From Candidatus Nezhaarchaeales archaeon (GTDB lineage Archaea; Thermoproteota; Methanomethylicia; Nezhaarchaeales; JAWCJE01): DNA of 64,000 nucleotides. Below, piece after piece: positions 19,857-28,792 of the stretch (positions within the stretch are counted from its first letter, which is position 1; each line of letters starts with the position of its first letter). Location: contig JAWCJE010000010.1 of the NCBI GenBank assembly GCA_038853715.1, positions 378-64,377 of the forward strand, in the 5' to 3' direction. Under the pieces are notes generated by a model that saw only the letters and a program-made list of their open reading frames with translations, did no database searches and was not told where the DNA came from. The position numbers were made by a program, and so were the translations under genes.

Positions 19857-20579
19857 CTAGGGTTGATAACGCTTCTTATGCTTATTGTATTCGTATAATC
19901 CCTTAAATTGTATTATTAACTCGTGTTCATGGACCTCGCCGGGGAGGAAGAATATCGGGAAGGCTATGTCGGAGAAGCAGCATGGAAGTAGTACGGCTAG
20001 GAAGACGATTAATATGAGGCCTAGTAGGTATTGAATGATTGACGTGGGGCCGAAGGCGATGAAGTAGAGCGATGACGCTGCCGATGAAATAAGGACGTGT
20101 GCGGAATGAGGGATAAGGCTTGGATGAAGCATAACCCGTACTAGAAGTATACCTATAAGTGTACCTAGGGCGGCTGGGATTAAAACGAGGTGCGGATGGA
20201 CTAGAAGGCATATATGTAGCTCTAGTTCCTTCACGCCGAGGATGAGCCCACCTATATAGGGTATGATGATGTCTGATAACGAGCAAGGCGCGATAGACCC
20301 TATAATACCTACTGGTAACGTTGCGATAAACCGTTTACTATGCTTATAGTAGACGGCGGCCGTAGTAATAGCGCTTAGAAGCATGTGTAGAGGATGCGTT
20401 ATATGAAAGAATTCGTCGGCGAAGGCCTCGAGGCCTCCATTGGTAAAGGCTGCCGTTAAAGCTACGGTAAGCCCTATACCTACTAACACGCCAAGCATGG
20501 TAAACGGGGAATGGTAAAGGAGTTCGAAAAGTAGATGTCTTAATGCTTTTTGCAACGCGGTCACCACGTTTATGGGCAA
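19857..20579 (-). CDS. His-rich polytopic membrane protein, putative metal (Ni/Co) transporter
   Basis: It has 6-7 TM helices with conserved intramembrane His residues (FFHITHPLHML, HPHLV, HPSLIPHSAHV) and is divergent from nikR. Confidence 0.4.
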   Translation of the reverse strand: MPINVVTALQKALRHLLFELLYHSPFTMLGVLVGIGLTVALTAAFTNGGLEAFADEFFHITHPLHMLLSAITTAAVYYKHSKRFIATLPVGIIGSIAPCSLSDIIIPYIGGLILGVKELELHICLLVHPHLVLIPAALGTLIGILLVRVMLHPSLIPHSAHVLISSAASSLYFIAFGPTSIIQYLLGLILIVFLAVLLPCCFSDIAFPIFFLPGEVHEHELIIQFKGLYEYNKHKKRYQP

Positions 20580-20735
20580 CGGGGTTATATTAAAGTTTTT
20601 CCTTAAATTTATTAAAAATTAAGTGGATGCCGCCATAAGTTTTAATAATTTGAAACGCACATATTCCAACGGTATTCCTACATATTGGGAAAAGTTAAAC
20701 TAGAGATGTAATCCCTCCTTAATAGGGAGGAGGAA

Positions 20736-21128
20736 ATGATAGTTAGCTTAGCTATTCCAAACGAGCTTTTAAAGGAGGTTGACCAAGTAGTAAAGCTTGG
20801 AGAATACGCGAGTAGATCGGAGATTATACGCGCCTCCTTAAGGGAGTTTCTATCAAGGCATAGGTGGCTATCAGGCCTTGAAGGATGTTTCTTAGCCACC
20901 ATAATGTTTACGTACCTTAAAGGGAGGATCGACTTGGAGAAGTTAACCGACCTTAAACACGAGTTTGATGATGTAATAGCTACCGAGATGCATACACACC
21001 TAGAGAAGGAAAATTGCCTCGAGGTCCTCGTAATTAAGGGTGATGCCTCACGGATTAAGAAGTTAAAGTCCCAGCTTTCAGCGATAAAAGGTATTAGGCA
21101 CGTCGAGCTTATCTCGATAGCTATTTAA
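20736..21128 (+). CDS. nikR: Nickel-responsive regulator NikR
   Basis: It has an N-terminal ribbon-helix-helix (ELLKEVDQVVKLGEYASRSEIIRASLREFL) and a C-terminal ACT-like domain with an H-x-H...C metal site (TEMHTHLEKENCLEV). It is 130 aa. Confidence 0.7.
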   Translation: MIVSLAIPNELLKEVDQVVKLGEYASRSEIIRASLREFLSRHRWLSGLEGCFLATIMFTYLKGRIDLEKLTDLKHEFDDVIATEMHTHLEKENCLEVLVIKGDASRIKKLKSQLSAIKGIRHVELISIAI

Positions 21129-21574
21129 TGAATTTAAAGGTAGCCGTCTAGGACCTGAAAATCCTTCCTCAAGACGTCTTTAAGCCTCGGCTTGTAAAGC
21201 GCCGCCGCTGGATGAAAGGTTAGAAGGACCCCTACCTTTAAACCCCGCTTTACTAAGCAGGTAACTAGCGGAAAGCGTTACCACCTTCACGGTAACCCTG
21301 GGGGGCCGCGCCAAGGCCTCGAAGCACCAATAACCTTTAAACTAATCCTAGGAGCGTAGAACACACCCTTACTTTTTAAAGAAGTATAGGTTAACACGAT
21401 TTTCATCGAAGCCTCCATTAGAGGTGCCGGTTTTGAACCTAGCCGATCAAGCTCTACTTCTGAGGAGGCGTAGGTTAAATGTTTAGGTTTCCTTCTTCGA
21501 ATTAGTCGTTAAGGTGGAAAACCCTTTATAACTGAAGGCTTCAACCTACTACTAATTAATGGTGGCTGAGGCCT

Positions 21575-23098
21575 TTGGAGGCTAAGCTTGAAGCTGTAAA
21601 CGTTTTAAAGTATACTAAAAGCTTATGCCCTGAATGTCTACGGGTTCTTGAAGCGGTAATTTACGAGCGGAACGGGGTTGTTTACATCTCTAAGCGCTGC
21701 CCTACCCATGGAGAGTATGAAGACGTTTACTGGGGTGACTATCAGTTATGGCTACGCGCCCTTAAGTTTGAGCACGTGGGTGATGGGCTTGCTAACCCGC
21801 GGACGAAGCGTAAGGAGGGTTGTCCCTACGATTGCGGTATATGTAATGAGCATAAGTCTTTCACGGTGCTAGCCATAGTTGACGTGACGAACCGCTGCAA
21901 CCTCACATGCCCAGTCTGCTTCGCCCATGCTGGAGCCGCTGGCTACGTTTATGAGCCGAGTACCGAGGAGGTGAAACGTATACTTGATAACTTCCGCGCT
22001 AATGAGCCTGCTAAGCCGCCAGGGCTTCAATTCTCGGGCGGTGAACCTACCCTACGTGAAGATCTACCTGAGCTTATCGAATATGCTGATAAGATCGGTT
22101 TCCACCATATAGAGGTTAATACTAACGGTATACGTATAGCTGAAAGCCTTGAATATACTAAGCAGCTGGTTGACGCTGGGGCTAACGCGATATACTTACA
22201 GTTCGACGGGTTAACCGATGATGTATACGTTAAGACGCGGGGCCTACCAATGTTAAAGCATAAGATGAAGGCGATAGAGAATTGCCGTAAACTCGGTTTT
22301 GACGCCGTGGTTTTAGTACCGACCGTAATACGCGGCGTTAACGATCATGAGGTCGCCGACATCGTTAAGTTCGCAGCTAGGAACTCCGATGTAATTCGAT
22401 GTGTAAACTTTCAACCCGTTAGCTTATGTGGACGTATCGATAGGGCTAGGCTAAAGGAGATGAGGATAACGATACCCGACGTAATTAGACAGGTAGAGAA
22501 AGGTACTGAAGGAGAGGTGGCTATTGAGGATTGGTACCCTGTACCCTTCGTAGTGCCGATACCCCGCGCGATAGGTTCCCTTAAAAACCATAGGTATGGA
22601 GCTGAGTTTACGGCTCACCCGCACTGCGGAATGGCTACCTACGTCTTCGTGGAGGACGGCAAGATTGTTCCAATAACTAGGAAGGCTAACGTTGAAAAGT
22701 TCATGGAGGTAATGGAGGGGGTCTATAAGCTGGCTAAAGAGGGGCATAAAACGAGGGCTAAAATGAAGCTACTAACCGCTTTACGCTACGTTAAAGGCGA
22801 CCTACTACGGAAGTTATTATGGCCGATACTTAAGACCGGTACGTATGAGGCGCTTCGCGATCTACACTTCAAGATGGTGATGATAGGCATGATGCACTTC
22901 ATGGACCTATACAACTTCGACCTAGAAAGGCTTCAACGCTGCGTTATTCACTACGGTATACCCGACGGACGTATCATCCCATTCTGCTCAATGAATAGCG
23001 TACACCGCCAAGAGGTTGAAAAACGGTTCGCCATTACCTGGGACGAGTTTAAACGGCGCATGGATGAAGCTAGAAGACGCGGCCTTAAACATTACTAG
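21575..23098 (+). CDS. Radical SAM protein with a rubredoxin-like N-terminal Cys4 motif, a possible tetraether lipid synthase (Tes/GDGT-MAS-like)
   Basis: It has the CxxxCxxC motif (VTNRCNLTCPVCFA), an N-terminal CPECL...CPTHG motif and additional C-terminal Cys clusters (HPHCG, HYGIPDGRIIPFC). The 507-aa size matches Tes. Confidence 0.5.
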   Translation: MEAKLEAVNVLKYTKSLCPECLRVLEAVIYERNGVVYISKRCPTHGEYEDVYWGDYQLWLRALKFEHVGDGLANPRTKRKEGCPYDCGICNEHKSFTVLAIVDVTNRCNLTCPVCFAHAGAAGYVYEPSTEEVKRILDNFRANEPAKPPGLQFSGGEPTLREDLPELIEYADKIGFHHIEVNTNGIRIAESLEYTKQLVDAGANAIYLQFDGLTDDVYVKTRGLPMLKHKMKAIENCRKLGFDAVVLVPTVIRGVNDHEVADIVKFAARNSDVIRCVNFQPVSLCGRIDRARLKEMRITIPDVIRQVEKGTEGEVAIEDWYPVPFVVPIPRAIGSLKNHRYGAEFTAHPHCGMATYVFVEDGKIVPITRKANVEKFMEVMEGVYKLAKEGHKTRAKMKLLTALRYVKGDLLRKLLWPILKTGTYEALRDLHFKMVMIGMMHFMDLYNFDLERLQRCVIHYGIPDGRIIPFCSMNSVHRQEVEKRFAITWDEFKRRMDEARRRGLKHY

Positions 23099-23165
23099 CA
23101 CGTTTAGCTTTCCGTCCACATCCATAGTGTCGTAAACGATACGTTAATACTGATTCATATGGTTT

Positions 23166-23624
23166 TTATTCTGAAACCTCAACCACCGAGGCCTTCGACG
23201 CCTTCTTTAGGTCTTCGACCTTGACCTTCATAAGCGTGTTAGGTGTACCGGCAGCCGTCCATACTTCGTCAAACCTCTCAATGGACTTATCCATAAATAC
23301 GAGGACGTGCTCGTAGTGGGGAAACGGTGGAACCCCTCCCACGGGGTATCCCGTAGTTTTTTTAACGGTTTCAGGATCAGCTATCTTAACCCTACGACCA
23401 ACGATCTCCGATAACTTCTTAATGTTCACCCGTCTATCCCCGGGGAGTACTACGACTATTGGCTTGCCGCCGTTAAAGACTATGGATTTAGCTATTTGGG
23501 AAAGCGGACACTTTAAAAGCTGGGCTGCCAATTGTGACGTACGCGTGCTTTCATTAAACTCGAGGATCTCCACGTCTAGCTTAGCGCTTTTTACGTATGA
23601 ACGAACCCTTTCAAGGGTACTCAC
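23166..23624 (-). CDS. YbaK/ProX-type aminoacyl-tRNA deacylase
   Basis: It has a YbaK-domain motif (GYPVGGVPPF) and is 152 aa. Confidence 0.7.
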   Translation of the reverse strand: MSTLERVRSYVKSAKLDVEILEFNESTRTSQLAAQLLKCPLSQIAKSIVFNGGKPIVVVLPGDRRVNIKKLSEIVGRRVKIADPETVKKTTGYPVGGVPPFPHYEHVLVFMDKSIERFDEVWTAAGTPNTLMKVKVEDLKKASKASVVEVSE

Positions 23625-23824
23625 GTTAAACCCTTAAAGGTAAGAGAAGGTTTGAAAAACTATTTAAGCCTTCTCTATAATCCGATTGCTTACTGGAAGG
23701 CTGGCCTTTAAGGGTTTTACGGGCGTTTCTAAGCGTTCCGGGGGTGTTCGATACGTTAACGACGTTAACGTATATGGGCTTGAATAGGTTTAACCGGTTG
23801 AGCCCTACCTTAAGGTGTTGAGGG

Positions 23825-24799
23825 TTGCCCTTAGCCTCGGTAATCATACCCGCGCGGAACGTGGAGAAGACTGTAGGGGCTACGTTGGAGAGTTTATTAA
23901 AGCAGAACTTTAAGGATTATGAGGTGATAGTAGTTAACGATCACTCCACCGATACGACTAAGGAGGTATGTACGAGGTATAATGTAAAGGTTGTTGATAG
24001 TATTGGAAGGGGCGTTAATGCTGCTAGGAATGCTGGCGTTAAGGAGGCTAAAGGGGATATTATAGCTTTTATAGATGGCGACGCCGTAGCTCCTCAAGAC
24101 TGGTTGTCAAAGCTGGTTAATAGCTTAACGTCGAGCGGGGCCGACATAGTTTTTGGAGGTGTTAAAGCCTTAAACTCGGATAAGCTAGTATCGAGGTACG
24201 TGGAAAGCTCGATACTGGGCTTAATGCCTAATTTTAGAAGTAGAAAGCTGGTTTACAATAGGCAGGTAAGTACCGTTGTAGCCGGATGTAACATGGGTTT
24301 TCGACGTAGGGTCTGGGAGGAGGTAGGGTTTTTCGATGAAAGCTACCTACTCTACTATGATGAGTTGGACTTCGAGGCTAAAGCCTTAAGTAAGGGGTTT
24401 AAGATGCTTCTAGAGCCTAACCTCGTCGTCTACCATAGGAACGTTGAGAGGCTAGTTGACCTACTGAGGAGGGCGTGGAGGCAGACTAGAGCGTTAAAAA
24501 CGTTTAGCGTGAAGAACCCTGACCACCCTATAGTCTTGATAATTAGGATGTTATGCCTACTGGTTAGCTTATGCCTTATCCTAGTTATGGGCTCCATAGT
24601 CTATTACCTATTTTATGTTGTGAATACCGTGTTTACGTTTGACTTAGCGATGCTAGCCCTACTTTACGTAGGGCTAACGTTTTACTATTTAGCTAGAAAT
24701 GGGAGGCTGGTGGATAGCTTAATCTTCCCGTTTCTGGATTTTATCGTCGGCTTAACTATGTACTTCAGGGTCTTAATGAATTATCTAAGTAAAGCTTAA
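23825..24799 (+). CDS. Family 2 glycosyltransferase with C-terminal TM helices
   Basis: It has the GT-A N-terminus VIIPARNVEKTV...YEVIVVNDHSTD and a DGD motif (IDGDAV), plus about 3 C-terminal TM helices. Confidence 0.7.
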   Translation: MPLASVIIPARNVEKTVGATLESLLKQNFKDYEVIVVNDHSTDTTKEVCTRYNVKVVDSIGRGVNAARNAGVKEAKGDIIAFIDGDAVAPQDWLSKLVNSLTSSGADIVFGGVKALNSDKLVSRYVESSILGLMPNFRSRKLVYNRQVSTVVAGCNMGFRRRVWEEVGFFDESYLLYYDELDFEAKALSKGFKMLLEPNLVVYHRNVERLVDLLRRAWRQTRALKTFSVKNPDHPIVLIIRMLCLLVSLCLILVMGSIVYYLFYVVNTVFTFDLAMLALLYVGLTFYYLARNGRLVDSLIFPFLDFIVGLTMYFRVLMNYLSKA

Positions 24800-24831
24800 A
24801 TACTTCTAGGTTTCTAGAAATTTTGATTCTT

Positions 24832-25002
24832 ATGAGCGAAGAAGTTAAGAAGCTCGTGAAGACAAGCATAACGCTAACCAAGGATCTATGGGAGCAAGCT
24901 AAAATAATTGCTTTAAAGCAGGGCTTAACCTTAACGGAGGTAATTCAAGCAGCCCTCAAAAAGTACTTAGAGATCTTAGAGAAGGAGCGAAAGGGAACTT
25001 AA
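24832..25002 (+). CDS. Small ribbon-helix-helix (CopG/Arc-like) protein, not in the supplied ORF track because it is under 60 aa
   Basis: I translated it manually as MSEEVKKLVKTSITLTKDLWEQAKIIALKQGLTLTEVIQAALKKYLEILEKERKGT. It shows a beta-strand followed by two helices, as in the RHH fold. Confidence 0.4.
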   Translation: MSEEVKKLVKTSITLTKDLWEQAKIIALKQGLTLTEVIQAALKKYLEILEKERKGT

Positions 25003-25087
25003 AAGTAAGCCTTAAGCTAACGTCCTTAGTGTTTCCCTGCATGTCATCGTGAATCATTGGCTTAAAGGTTGAACTAAGCCCATAACC

Positions 25088-25336
25088 CTACTGGCTGCTT
25101 CTTCGAGGGTTTTTAACTACACCGTACCAGTCGTTCATTCTACCCTCCTTTATTAGCTCCTCGTAAGCCCTCCAAACCCTTCTAACGTTTAGATGCATAC
25201 AGCAGTAACCGTCTTCCTCCAATATCTTTACGACCTCCTCGTAGAGTTCTTGAGGGTATGGTGCTAAGCCTTGAGTTACGGCTTTTAAAACCGCCTTCTT
25301 AACGTCGTTATTCCTCGGGTAACTTAACTTAGACAA
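25088..25336 (-). CDS. Hypothetical protein
   Basis: This 82-aa ORF lies 12 bp downstream of the AGOG-like gene on the same strand. Confidence 0.3.
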   Translation of the reverse strand: MSKLSYPRNNDVKKAVLKAVTQGLAPYPQELYEEVVKILEEDGYCCMHLNVRRVWRAYEELIKEGRMNDWYGVVKNPRRSSQ

Positions 25337-25348
25337 GTTGAGGCCGCC

Positions 25349-26230
25349 TCAACCATCGGTTTTGCGGAGGAGTTCACGTACTAAGTTATTAACGGAGGCG
25401 TAATCGACATAGCCACGCCAAAGCCCGTATAAGGCCTTTACGCCAAGTTCAACCTGCCCTACGTCCCTTACAACACCCCCTAGAAGCCAGAGTGGCGCGT
25501 CAAGGTTTAACGGCGGTATCCCTGAGCATACTCCAACCCTGCTCCAAGCCATTTGTGCTATCTCCCTACGTCTTACTAGTCGTTCTATTAATGTGCTTAG
25601 AGGTTGAGGCGCGCCTACCATACCCGATAAGACTGTTATCCGGGATATTCGACGGTCGACGGGTATTGGAATGCTAAACGGTACTTGTATCCTTTTACCT
25701 GTAGCTGCTCGAAACGCGTAATAAAACATTTTAACGGCGAAAACCACGGTTTTTAATGAGGCATCCACCATTAAAGCCGAAGCTAGATCGCGCCTCAACC
25801 CCTCAAGGTTATAGGCGTACCCCTCATAACCACTATAGACCTTACCTACGAAGCCTGATGAACGCATTAAGGAGAGGCGTTTAAACTTAGCGGGTTTAAA
25901 GAGCCTATTACCCTTACACTCCTGAAGAAAGGATACCATTAACGCGTACACCTCCTCGGCTGACCCCACCTTAAACCTCCGTTTTAAAACGTAGTCTACA
26001 AACTCGTTCCAGTACTCCTCGCCAGTACTCGTTAACATGTAGCTTATCGTCGCGTTTAAACACATTAAAGTACAGCAAACGTTAATATCCACGGCCTCCT
26101 TAAGCCTTAATGCAGCTTTAAATTGGGGATCCTCCTCCTCAAGCTTCAATACGGCATTAAGCCCTATGGATTTAAACGCCTCAGAAACGGCGTTAACCCT
26201 TCTTTGATTAACCGTTAACCGAGGCCTCAT
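25349..26230 (-). CDS. AGOG-family N-glycosylase/DNA lyase (archaeal 8-oxoguanine glycosylase)-like
   Basis: Its motifs VLKLEEEDPQFKAA, IPIPVDRRISRIT and IPPLNLDAPLWLLGGVV resemble what I recall of Pyrobaculum AGOG. This is recalled from memory, not computed. Confidence 0.45.
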   Translation of the reverse strand: MRPRLTVNQRRVNAVSEAFKSIGLNAVLKLEEEDPQFKAALRLKEAVDINVCCTLMCLNATISYMLTSTGEEYWNEFVDYVLKRRFKVGSAEEVYALMVSFLQECKGNRLFKPAKFKRLSLMRSSGFVGKVYSGYEGYAYNLEGLRRDLASALMVDASLKTVVFAVKMFYYAFRAATGKRIQVPFSIPIPVDRRISRITVLSGMVGAPQPLSTLIERLVRRREIAQMAWSRVGVCSGIPPLNLDAPLWLLGGVVRDVGQVELGVKALYGLWRGYVDYASVNNLVRELLRKTDG

Positions 26231-26294
26231 ACTCCATAGAGTTAACGAGGTTAACTAGTCGACCGGATGATGGGGTCTTTAGATAAACTTAAAG

Positions 26295-27143
26295 CTAAGT
26301 TTTCCTAGAGGGGGACTGTTTAACCCTTTCTAGTTTAAAACTACAGTAAGGATCCCCTTTAGCTATACATTTCTCCTCAAAGAATACGTAATCCTCAATA
26401 CCCGTTAAGGCCCTTATGATACCGCTAATCATCCCCCTAAAATATTGGCTATTTGCTGAATTAAGCTGCCCCCTAAAGGGTTCGCATTCATATAGGTCGT
26501 AAGCAACGATCTGGGCCACCCCTTTATCTAGGTTTAATTCCTCAAACTTGAGGATGGCGAAGCCATGACTTCTTCCGAGCTCGGCAAGAAACTTAGCTAC
26601 ATTGTTCACGCCCCCCTCAAATAGGAAGGGGAAGGCTTTACGGTATCCTCTAACTACGGCTTCTCCGTAGTTTACCCCCTGCATGAATAAGACGAAGTCC
26701 GCCGCGGATCCAAAGGCCGCCCTTAAGGCTTTCACTATTTCAGCGTAACCGTTAACGTTCTGCACGAAAGCGCGGCCAAGAGCCGTTAACAGCTTGAAGT
26801 GGTAGGCTTCCAATAGGAAATCATTTCCTTCCACGTATTCAACGCTAAGCAGTTTTCGCCTCCTCCTTAACCTCTCCGCAACCTCTTCGGGTGATGCAGT
26901 AGCGTTCGTAAGGTCTACACCTATAGTAACCCAAGCCGTTTCCTCTGTAGATACTGGAGGTGCGCAAATACTGATTACGTTTGCTCCATACTTACGGAGT
27001 GTTTCAGTTACCGCGTTTAAAGCTCCTGGGACGTTTTTAAGAAGTATTCTATACTCAGCAATCCTCCTTCCAGGTAGATAAAAAACGGCGGGAATCCACC
27101 TTGGGATGTAAGCGTCCTCTTTATGCGTAGGGTTTAAAGCCAT
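26295..27143 (-). CDS. Protein with ACT-like and V4R (4-vinyl reductase) domains, a putative small-molecule sensor
   Basis: The N-terminus is ACT-like (ILLKNVPGALNAVTETLRKYGANV). The C-terminus has V4R-like Cys motifs (CEPFRG...CIAKGDPYCSF). Confidence 0.45.
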   Translation of the reverse strand: MALNPTHKEDAYIPRWIPAVFYLPGRRIAEYRILLKNVPGALNAVTETLRKYGANVISICAPPVSTEETAWVTIGVDLTNATASPEEVAERLRRRRKLLSVEYVEGNDFLLEAYHFKLLTALGRAFVQNVNGYAEIVKALRAAFGSAADFVLFMQGVNYGEAVVRGYRKAFPFLFEGGVNNVAKFLAELGRSHGFAILKFEELNLDKGVAQIVAYDLYECEPFRGQLNSANSQYFRGMISGIIRALTGIEDYVFFEEKCIAKGDPYCSFKLERVKQSPSRKT

Positions 27144-27159
27144 CGTTACTCATCTACTT

Positions 27160-27184
27160 AAAAAAATGCTTCGTCTTTTTTTTT
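27160..27184. terminator. A7-N9-T9 hairpin between same-strand genes, a possible bidirectional oligo-T terminator
   Basis: The sequence is AAAAAAATGCTTCGTCTTTTTTTTT. On the minus strand the T-run follows the NreA-like gene. Confidence 0.3.
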
Positions 27185-27387
27185 AAGTCTATCGGTTAGG
27201 CTAAGGTGTTTGTAGTAGTCCATTAGTTTTATTAATGCTTTCTATGCTTATCATTTTCCCTCTAAGCCTTTTACTGTTTTAATTCGTGTGTAGGCTAGGT
27301 TTGTTAAGGTTTACTGGGTTACCTTTGGTTAAGCCGTATGGTGATTAGGATTCGCCTATAGGCATGGTTGAAGCGTTAATAGCGTGG

Positions 27388-28743
27388 TTAAATTAGGTGC
27401 TCGGTTAAGCGGCGTTGGTAGAGGGCGGTTCTTAGTAGTGAACTACACTTAATCCACGTGGTTAACGGTATGGCTAGCTTGGTTGATATGTAGTTTAAGG
27501 CCTCCTTTAGGTCGTTAAATTTTAGTGGAGGCCGTTTAAGGGCGTTCCTAACGTTCTCCCTAACCTGCCATACGCCTACCGGCATTAAGTAGCCGGGGTG
27601 TACTTCGCGTAGGATAAGCGCCGATGCTTGTCTTCGTTCCTTCTCTAGGAATTCCGTTACGGCTAACCGGGCTGCATAGTAGCAGCCTCCTATAGCCGCG
27701 TAGGTTGTTCTACCCCTATAGTTTTCGAAATCACCGAAAATAGCTAAGTGGTTGGGGTCCGGGTTCCATAGGGTGGATGGGTACCAAGCTTCTATGCACT
27801 CGTAGCTCCAAGCATTTGGCATTAAGATAACCATGAAGCGGTTATCTAGGTAATTGGATTCGTAAACAGCGTAGTCGTTGATTAACGGATAGCGTCTAAT
27901 CTTCTCCATCATCCTTAGGGAGAGGAGGCTATCCACCGCGGTAATACTCCACCTAGTAGGTACGAAGCGTCTCTTCCCCCTTATCCCCATAAGCCCGGCG
28001 CTAAAGGCCCGCTGAACCCTTGATACCGGTACGCCGTTCTCGTAGAGTTTAAGTATAGCGTCCGATGCCTTAAGATCCGTATCGCTGTAAACCTTTTCAA
28101 TTCTTTGATCGGGTTTTGGGTTATCGACGCTTAAAGAGTTAAGTGGAGCCGCTGGCCCCATGGGCTGTACGTCGTCGTCAAGTAGTAGTAGCCCCCTAGG
28201 CTTCCTAGTGAAGGTTAGATCTACGTCCACGGGGCTCCTAGCCATAGCTAGCTCCTGGATAGCCTCTAGGTACCTACCGTTAGCCTCAGCGTCTGTTACT
28301 TTAACGTTTAGCTTACCCCTTACTAAGGAGAGCCTAAAGCCTACTATTTCATCTATGGGCTTCCCGAGCCAAAGCTCGGGGGTATCGAAGAGGCCTGTAT
28401 CACCCTTAATGGGCGGGGTTAATGGGCCGATGCTAACGCGGGGATAACCCATTCGTCCTACGAATATACTCGGAGGAGAAGTACCTTCAAGCTTAAGCCC
28501 GTTTAGCTTCGACGCTAGCTTAAGTAGTGATAAGGCCTTAATGATTATTGGGCAACGCCTTTTACCGCAAAGAAACTTAGACCCTTTACAGGCTACGCAT
28601 AAACCTGTTCGTCCGGCTCTAACCTTTAAGTAGTCCTCGTTAAAGTTTAAATCTAAAGCTAGCTTCGCGTCTTCTAAAGCTTGAACGGTCCAGTAGTTCT
28701 CTTTACCTGTTAGCAGTATTTTCTTAATTAACTTTTTAGGCAA
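27388..28743 (-). CDS. NreA-like archaeal DNA repair protein
   Basis: It has an N-terminal Cys cluster (CVACKGSKFLCGKRRCP) and a PSIFVGRMGYP motif, and is 451 aa. These features match the Nre family as I recall it. Confidence 0.45.
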   Translation of the reverse strand: MPKKLIKKILLTGKENYWTVQALEDAKLALDLNFNEDYLKVRAGRTGLCVACKGSKFLCGKRRCPIIIKALSLLKLASKLNGLKLEGTSPPSIFVGRMGYPRVSIGPLTPPIKGDTGLFDTPELWLGKPIDEIVGFRLSLVRGKLNVKVTDAEANGRYLEAIQELAMARSPVDVDLTFTRKPRGLLLLDDDVQPMGPAAPLNSLSVDNPKPDQRIEKVYSDTDLKASDAILKLYENGVPVSRVQRAFSAGLMGIRGKRRFVPTRWSITAVDSLLSLRMMEKIRRYPLINDYAVYESNYLDNRFMVILMPNAWSYECIEAWYPSTLWNPDPNHLAIFGDFENYRGRTTYAAIGGCYYAARLAVTEFLEKERRQASALILREVHPGYLMPVGVWQVRENVRNALKRPPLKFNDLKEALNYISTKLAIPLTTWIKCSSLLRTALYQRRLTEHLI

Positions 28744-28792
28744 AACGTCCCCGTAGGGAGAGCTTTACGTGAACTATTTAACTTTGACGCGT

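Noticed and set aside
19927-20286. A 119-aa ORF in another frame inside the His-rich membrane protein gene
   Set aside because: It has an Arg/Pro/Ser-rich low-complexity translation. The overlapping 240-aa frame has a coherent TM architecture.
23626-23847. A 73-aa minus-strand ORF overlapping the start of the GT2 gene
   Set aside because: It overlaps a well-supported gene start and the likely promoter region, with no motif support.
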